NCBI GenBank assembly: GCA_947085185.1
Contig: CAMTVK010000005.1
Span: 61,174-125,173 of the forward strand
DNA length: 64,000 nt
Reading direction: 5' to 3'
From: Candidatus Fraserbacteria bacterium
GTDB taxonomy: Bacteria; Bipolaricaulota; Bipolaricaulia; RBG-16-55-9; DRXL01
Below are positions 58,266-64,000 of this stretch, one piece after another. A program made the translations under genes and the position numbers. Each line of letters opens with the position of its first letter. Position 1 is the stretch's first letter. Below the pieces are notes generated by a model. That model worked only from the letters and a program-made list of their open reading frames with translations. It was not told where the DNA came from and did no database searches.

Positions 58266-61200
58266 ATGCTGCATCCGAACGTTGAACTTGTTCACCAGCG
58301 GCTTGAGAATGCTCGCAGAAATCTCCTGGACACTAGCTTACGCAATAAGCTAATTAACTACAGAACCCCTAAAGCATCAGGGGTTGAGGTTGTCGGTGAG
58401 GACCCTGTAGAGGTTTATAGGCTGCTAGTCAAGGAAGGCAAATCGATGACTTTCATAGGGAGGCCGGACTCACAGAAAGAGGATTTTAGAGGTGAGGAAA
58501 TTGATAGCGGGCCTTCGTTGGTAGACAAAACAGATACCAAACTGAACGCTAACGAAACTGAGAGCAAGCTTTATACACGCTTGCTCAAAACGTGGCGCGA
58601 TGCTCGAGCCACCCTTGAAGAGCAAGGAGTGAACACATTGTTCCTGGCACTTGGCATGTTGCATTGGTATGAGTCAGAAGCGAGCCAAGAGCCAAGAAAA
58701 GCTCCATTGATCTTAATTCCCGTCCTTATTGAGCGGCATAGGAGCACGCGATTCCGAATTTCCTATGATGGAACTGAGGTCGGCAGTAACCTCTCACTTA
58801 TAGCAATACTGCAGCAGCAGTTTGGAATTAATCTTCCTGAGATTAGCGAAGCCGAAAGCTTAGATGTCGCTCAATATTTCCAGCAAGTTGCAGATGCAGT
58901 TGCAGATCAGGAGCGCTGGCGAGTTGATAATAAGGCGATTGTGCTGAGCTTTTTCAGTTATGCGAAATACCTCATGTTCAAGGATTTAGAAGGTGAAGCC
59001 TGGCCGGAAGGGCAAAAGCCCTGGATGCATGACATCGTAATGGCTTTGCTTGGGGATGGATTTGAGGATAATAATGACACCAGCATCAGCGAAGAAGAAA
59101 ATATTGACCAATATCGGCCTATCGAGAAAGCACACGAAGTTTTTGACGCGGACTCCTCCCAACTGCTTGCAATATTGGAGTCAAAATTGGGGCGCTCGAT
59201 GATCATTGAAGGTCCTCCTGGAACTGGCAAATCACAGACCATTACTAACCTAATTGCTGAGGCAATTGCTGAAGGCAAAAAGGTGCTGTTTATTGCCGAG
59301 AAGCGAGCGGCCCTAGAAGTCGTTTGGCGACGCTTGAGAGAGGCAGGTTTGCATGAAGCATGTCTAGAGTTACATAGTAGTAAGGCTAACAAGAGAGCTT
59401 TCTACGAACAGCTTAAAAGAACCCTTTATCTTGCTCGACCTCAAAAAGAACAAAAGCAGCAAGAGTTGAAGAGGCTCAGCCAAATTCGCGATCAGCTTAA
59501 CGAATATTGCCAGACACTGCATCAACCGCTTCTTAATCGAGAGATTTCTCCCTTCTTTGCTATAGGGCAACTCCTCAAACTAGGCAAGGAACCCGAGGGT
59601 TTGAGAAAGCCCAGCTTTAGTATCATGCATAGATGGACACAATCGGACTTTGAGAGCAAGCGAGAGTTGGTCCGGAAAATCCAATACGCCGTCAAAGAGA
59701 TAGGCATCCCTACTGAAAATCCGTTTTTTGGCAGTGGCCTAATGCTTTTGCTTCCGGAAGACCGTAAGGAAATTGCCTCATTGATACAGGAAACAGCAAA
59801 GGCGGTGCAGAAGGCTTTTGATTCGGTATGTCGCTTAGATCCTGATCCTGCTGAAGCAATCCGTGACGCGGTCATTGCCAAACAACAGAGATGGGAGCTA
59901 GAGATCAATGACATCCAGCGCAAGATAGCTCAATACGGTGACAAGTGGTATCGAGTCTTTGTGCCTTCTTATCATATCGCACGTTGGAAGTGTCGTTCGC
60001 TTTGGAATCGTCCTCTGCCAAAATCCCATGAAGAAATGATTAGGTTCATACAGGTAGTCCAAGCAGTCTTAACAGCATCCCATCAGCTCAATGCACTATT
60101 GAATCGTTTGGAGGCAAAAGAACCGCTTCAGCAACTAGTAAAGCTTTCTTTCTCCAATCAGCTTGTGAGATTGAACACTTGGCTTACAGATCTTACCCCA
60201 CTGCAACACCTTGCCACTTTCAATCGCTTGTGTGATGAAGCAAGGCAACAAGGTATCGAAGAAGTAGCCAACATTGCAGCTTCCTGGGAGGCGGCTGGTG
60301 ATCGATTGGTCGAAGTATTCGATCGAACATGGTATTCAGGGGTGGTACGAGAAGCCTTCGAATCACGCCCAATTCTCGCTACGCTCGAAAACAAAGAACA
60401 TGAGAATTTAATTCAGGAATTCAGAGAGTTAGACACCTTGATGCTCGAGATCAATAGGGCTAAAGTTGCACTCAAGCATTGGGAACAAGTCCCTCGCTAT
60501 ACCGCTGGCGGGAGTCTGGGCCTATTACTCAGGGAGATGGAGAAACAAAGGGGACACAAACCAATTCGCAAAATCATGTTAGAGGCTGGTGAGGCAATTC
60601 AGGCGATTAAGCCTGTGTTTATGATGTCGCCTCTCTCTGTTGCCATGTACTTGCCCCCTGAGGGGCCCAAATTTGACCTGGTGATCTTTGATGAGGCCAG
60701 CCAAATTAAGCCTGAAGACGCTTTTGGGGCAATTATCCGAGCTAAGCAGGTCATTGTCGTGGGAGATAGCAAGCAGTTACCCCCAACTATTTTCTTTGAT
60801 AAATTGACGCAGGTGGATGATAGTGCCGATGAAGACGAAGAATTTGAGGTGAACATTACGCGCGACATGGAGAGTATTCTTGCTCTGATGAATTCCAAGA
60901 TTCCACCTTATAGCCCACGGCGGCGAGATTTGCGATGGCATTACAGAAGTAAACATGACTCTTTGATTGCTTGCTCCAACCGACTCTTTTACAATGAGCG
61001 ACTTATTGTGCCTCCTAGTAAAGAACGGAAACCCAAGGGTATGGGGCTAGTGTTTCACCATCTTCCTCACACAGTCTATGGACGCGGCGGATCAAAAAAG
61101 AATCCAGAAGAAGCGCGAATTGTTGCAGAAGCAATCGTGAAACATATAAAGGAAAATCTACACTTATCGCTCGGCGTAGCGGCCTTCAGCATTTCTCAAC

Positions 61201-62594
61201 AAGAAGCGATTGAGGATGAGCTAGACCGCCTACGTCGTGAGAATGCAGAAATTGACATGTTGCTTGTGGAGTTTGATCGTCGTCACGAAACCGAACCTCT
61301 CTTTGTAAAGAATCTGGAAACTGTGCAAGGTGATGAGCGTGATGTCATCTTCATCAGTGTTGGTTATGGCAAAGATGTAAATGGATATATCTCGATGAAC
61401 TTTGGCCCCCTCAACAAAGAAGGGGGAGAAAGGCGATTGAATGTATTGATTACTCGTGCTCGAAGACGGTGTGAAGTGTTCACCAATTTGCGCTATAGTG
61501 ACATTCGTGTAGAGGAGGATTCCCCGCAAGGTGTAAAAGCTTTGAGAACTTTCCTCCACTATGCGGAAACAGGCGAGATAGATGTGCCAACCCCAACTAA
61601 TCGTGAGCCCATGTCACCTTTTGAAGAAGCTGTGATTGAAGCTTTACGTGCTCATGACTATCAAGTAGTCCCCCAGGTTGGGTCTGCAGGCTTCTATGTC
61701 GATATTGGAGTTTGCGATCCGCACAATCCAGGAAGATTTGTACTTGGTATCGAATGCGATGGTGCTCAGTATCACTCGTCAAGAAGTGCGCGTGACCGCG
61801 ATCGCCTTCGCCAGGCTGTTCTAGAAGCACGCGGTTGGCGCATCCATCGGATTTGGAGCACTGATTGGTACAAGAATCCAGAGAATGAACTCCGCCGATT
61901 ATTACAAGCACTCGAGCAAGCCATTGCAACCCAGTCCGAGTCGCATGTAACTCCCCCCTGGCCTAATCCTGATACCGATCAACATGCTCTTGATCCGGAG
62001 ATCACTATGAAAGAAAACCAAACTGCAGCTATGTTGCCATCTATTAGTGTACCAAAATACATTTTTGCTCAACCTAGGGTTACCCTCGGGTGGCGTCAGT
62101 TACGAGATATCTCGCCGGTAGAGATGGCAGATTGGGTAGTGCAAGTAGTGGAAGTCGAAAGCCCAGTTCACTTCGAAGAAGTCGTGCGGCGCATTCGTGA
62201 GGCGGCCGGCTTAGCACGTGCAGGGAATTCGATTCGCAGAGCCGTTTTGAATGGCATTCAATATGCCTCAGCTAAAGGAAAGGTCATTTTTGACGAGCCC
62301 TTTGTGCTGAAAAATCTCCCAAATCAACCTATCCCTAGAGATCGATCAAGTTTGCCAAATCACATTAAGAAGCTTGAATATGTCCATCCGGATGAAATTA
62401 AGGCCGCCCTCATATTAGTAGTGGAAAGCTCATTTGGCATCTCGCAAGACGGAGCTATAAATGAAGCTCTAAGGCTTCTTGGATTTGAAAGGGTGACTGA
62501 AGTAATGAGACGACGAGTACTTTCATTGATAAATGCGCTCTGCAAGGAATCCAAATTGCAATTACAGGGTGATCTACTAAAGTGCAACAAGTAA
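58266..62594 (+). CDS. DUF4011 + SF1 helicase (AAA_11/12) + Vsr-like endonuclease + DUF3320-like protein; Hhe-like antiphage protein
   Basis: LLD.SLRNKL, GPPGTGKSQT, FDEASQ, GDSKQLPP, HYRS, VQGDERD, NVLITRAR, IECDG..YH..RDR.RQ..LE.RGW; AT-richer. Confidence 0.85.
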   Translation: MLHPNVELVHQRLENARRNLLDTSLRNKLINYRTPKASGVEVVGEDPVEVYRLLVKEGKSMTFIGRPDSQKEDFRGEEIDSGPSLVDKTDTKLNANETESKLYTRLLKTWRDARATLEEQGVNTLFLALGMLHWYESEASQEPRKAPLILIPVLIERHRSTRFRISYDGTEVGSNLSLIAILQQQFGINLPEISEAESLDVAQYFQQVADAVADQERWRVDNKAIVLSFFSYAKYLMFKDLEGEAWPEGQKPWMHDIVMALLGDGFEDNNDTSISEEENIDQYRPIEKAHEVFDADSSQLLAILESKLGRSMIIEGPPGTGKSQTITNLIAEAIAEGKKVLFIAEKRAALEVVWRRLREAGLHEACLELHSSKANKRAFYEQLKRTLYLARPQKEQKQQELKRLSQIRDQLNEYCQTLHQPLLNREISPFFAIGQLLKLGKEPEGLRKPSFSIMHRWTQSDFESKRELVRKIQYAVKEIGIPTENPFFGSGLMLLLPEDRKEIASLIQETAKAVQKAFDSVCRLDPDPAEAIRDAVIAKQQRWELEINDIQRKIAQYGDKWYRVFVPSYHIARWKCRSLWNRPLPKSHEEMIRFIQVVQAVLTASHQLNALLNRLEAKEPLQQLVKLSFSNQLVRLNTWLTDLTPLQHLATFNRLCDEARQQGIEEVANIAASWEAAGDRLVEVFDRTWYSGVVREAFESRPILATLENKEHENLIQEFRELDTLMLEINRAKVALKHWEQVPRYTAGGSLGLLLREMEKQRGHKPIRKIMLEAGEAIQAIKPVFMMSPLSVAMYLPPEGPKFDLVIFDEASQIKPEDAFGAIIRAKQVIVVGDSKQLPPTIFFDKLTQVDDSADEDEEFEVNITRDMESILALMNSKIPPYSPRRRDLRWHYRSKHDSLIACSNRLFYNERLIVPPSKERKPKGMGLVFHHLPHTVYGRGGSKKNPEEARIVAEAIVKHIKENLHLSLGVAAFSISQQEAIEDELDRLRRENAEIDMLLVEFDRRHETEPLFVKNLETVQGDERDVIFISVGYGKDVNGYISMNFGPLNKEGGERRLNVLITRARRRCEVFTNLRYSDIRVEEDSPQGVKALRTFLHYAETGEIDVPTPTNREPMSPFEEAVIEALRAHDYQVVPQVGSAGFYVDIGVCDPHNPGRFVLGIECDGAQYHSSRSARDRDRLRQAVLEARGWRIHRIWSTDWYKNPENELRRLLQALEQAIATQSESHVTPPWPNPDTDQHALDPEITMKENQTAAMLPSISVPKYIFAQPRVTLGWRQLRDISPVEMADWVVQVVEVESPVHFEEVVRRIREAAGLARAGNSIRRAVLNGIQYASAKGKVIFDEPFVLKNLPNQPIPRDRSSLPNHIKKLEYVHPDEIKAALILVVESSFGISQDGAINEALRLLGFERVTEVMRRRVLSLINALCKESKLQLQGDLLKCNK

Positions 62595-62620
62595 GTAGTA
62601 AGAAAAGATACCGGGAATGG

Positions 62621-62895
62621 CATGAAGTTATCTCAAAATTGACGATGGGGGAATACACTGTGGTATGGAAAGGGATCGTAACTTAACTGACGAACAGTGG
62701 GCGCTCATTTAGCCTTTGCTCCCTCTCCCCAAGAAGTGAGGATGACCCCGAATGATCGCTGGGTGCTCAACGGGATCTTGTATGTGGTGCGCACCGGCAT
62801 CCCGTGGAACGACCTGCCCCAGCGCTACGGTGACGACTCCACCTGCCATCGGCGCTTCATGGTCTGCCTCAATAGGATTCTGAGATGGGTTCTAG
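62621..62895 (+). mobile_element. Internally deleted IS5-family remnant
   Basis: LTDEQW.LI*PLLP, VLNGILYV.RTG.PW.DLP.RYG..ST.HRRF with stops and a frameshift; degenerate terminal IRs (GAAGTTATCTCAAAAT / GAACCCATCTCAGAAT). Confidence 0.75.
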
Positions 62896-62900
62896 CTAAA

Positions 62901-63809
62901 CTATTCGAGAAGCTTCTGAAGATCTCCATGCAATGGACGAAAGAGCGCGTTCGTCTTCACGTAGCGCACTAAGCTGGCTCGCTCGGCATCCGCCCTCAAG
63001 AGCAGCTCTTCGAGACTCTTCAGGGCCTGAGCTTGCTGCCCAACATGCGCGTAGTACCCAATCACAGCGAGCTTGAGAATCGGCTGCTCCGGCTGCTCCG
63101 CAAGCGCACGATCTAAAAGTTCCTTGGCCCTGTCGGGTTGCCCTCGCTCCAGAAAAAGCCGGGTGTTCAGCAAGTAGACCGATGGCAAGGCCATCTCTAA
63201 GAGCCTGCGGAGCTCACGGATCGGCTCACGATGATCGTCTACCCGAATGTCTATCAGCCTATCGAACGGACCGTCAAAATACGCATTGGGGCGCACGACT
63301 ACGATCCCCCCGGCCTGCTGCCCCCGCCGATCCCCCCCGGCCTCTTGCCCTGCCTCCAGAGCCGCCATGAGCTTCTCCGCTAAAAGCCCTTCTGTGCGCT
63401 CAAACGCTTCCCCCATCGCGTCTAAGACTGCTCGACTCGCTAAAATATTCCCCTGCACCGCCCACCGTTCTCCAGCCTGATGCCCAGCCCACTCCAAACA
63501 CTCCCTGCCCGTGTGCTGTGCGATTCGCCCTGCAGCGTCTATGATCGCAACTTGGCGGTATTCGCGCAGCTCGTCCTCAGCGAGTAAGCGCTCGAGCACT
63601 TCTGGAGCGCTCAGCCCTTGCTCCAAAAGCGCTAAACCCTTGGGCCCATACGAGAGATTGCCTAAAGCTTGAGTAGCGATGGCTCCCACGCCGGCCTTCG
63701 CATGTGGGACAACGGCTCCAGCGCGGAATGCCCGCGACTGCACGGCAACCCCGAACTCCCCAAGCTCACGATCAAAAGCGACTATCGAAAACGTCCCGAT
63801 CTCCCTCAT
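62901..63809 (-). CDS. DUF1028 (Ntn-hydrolase-like) protein with TPR-like tail
   Basis: GTFSIVA, GVGAIATQA, HTG..C..WAG, QGNIL, AGGDRRG, DIRVDDH..P. Confidence 0.9.
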   Translation of the reverse strand: MREIGTFSIVAFDRELGEFGVAVQSRAFRAGAVVPHAKAGVGAIATQALGNLSYGPKGLALLEQGLSAPEVLERLLAEDELREYRQVAIIDAAGRIAQHTGRECLEWAGHQAGERWAVQGNILASRAVLDAMGEAFERTEGLLAEKLMAALEAGQEAGGDRRGQQAGGIVVVRPNAYFDGPFDRLIDIRVDDHREPIRELRRLLEMALPSVYLLNTRLFLERGQPDRAKELLDRALAEQPEQPILKLAVIGYYAHVGQQAQALKSLEELLLRADAERASLVRYVKTNALFRPLHGDLQKLLE

Positions 63810-64000
63810 CGTGAAGCCATCATAAGGGAACACGTGTCGCTCTGTCAACGGCACGCGCGCTCCGTGATGCCTCATAAGTAGCTGTTACCGAAGCCCGCAA
63901 CTTTGCCTCATAATTCTTGTTACCCATGTAGCCTCCTTAGTTCCTCCAGATTCCTCTCAATCCGCCGGCGAAGCTCCAGAGGATTCAGTGTACGGTAGAC

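Noticed and set aside
62665..62860. Stop-codon readthrough or programmed frameshift in the IS5 ORF
   Set aside because: Mixed TAG/TGA stops, a frameshift and a missing DDE domain indicate decay
63868..63924. Mini CRISPR array
   Set aside because: Only two imperfect ~21-nt units with a 14-nt gap; no cas genes

Overview
Bacterial chromosome segment, GC-rich, probably from candidate phylum Bipolaricaulota (Acetothermia); this is inferred from the UBact peptide and the gene mix, not proven. Most of it is core genome: ruvX, comEC, ruvA, hslVU, pth-rplY-prs, tyrS, sdhCAB, pyk, greA, resAB, yidC-jag, recJ, rpsT, mdh, lemA, thyX and 4 tRNAs. Highlights: (1) a Pup-like tagging/20S proteasome operon (dop-ubact-prcB-prcA-pafA) whose 56-aa UBact tag is missing from the ORF track, with no adjacent ATPase gene and with HslUV ~12 kb away; (2) a non-canonical cbb3-type oxidase cluster with a 46-aa FixP_N-like micro-ORF, a CcoO-cytochrome c fusion, a duplicated cytochrome c lipoprotein and a CcoS-DUF2892 fusion; (3) a BrnT-type toxin-antitoxin cassette flanked by two synonymous-variant copies of an ABC-permease 3' end, suggesting homology-anchored, integrase-free insertion; (4) rpsT, and possibly a second gene, starting at AUU; (5) several apparently leaderless genes; (6) a decaying defence hotspot after tRNA-Pro and around thyX (HEPN-like ORF, AbiEii pair, DUF4258/DUF2283, Mod remnant, intact Hhe-like helicase-nuclease, IS5 remnant). 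All calls come from motif recognition by eye; no searches were run.
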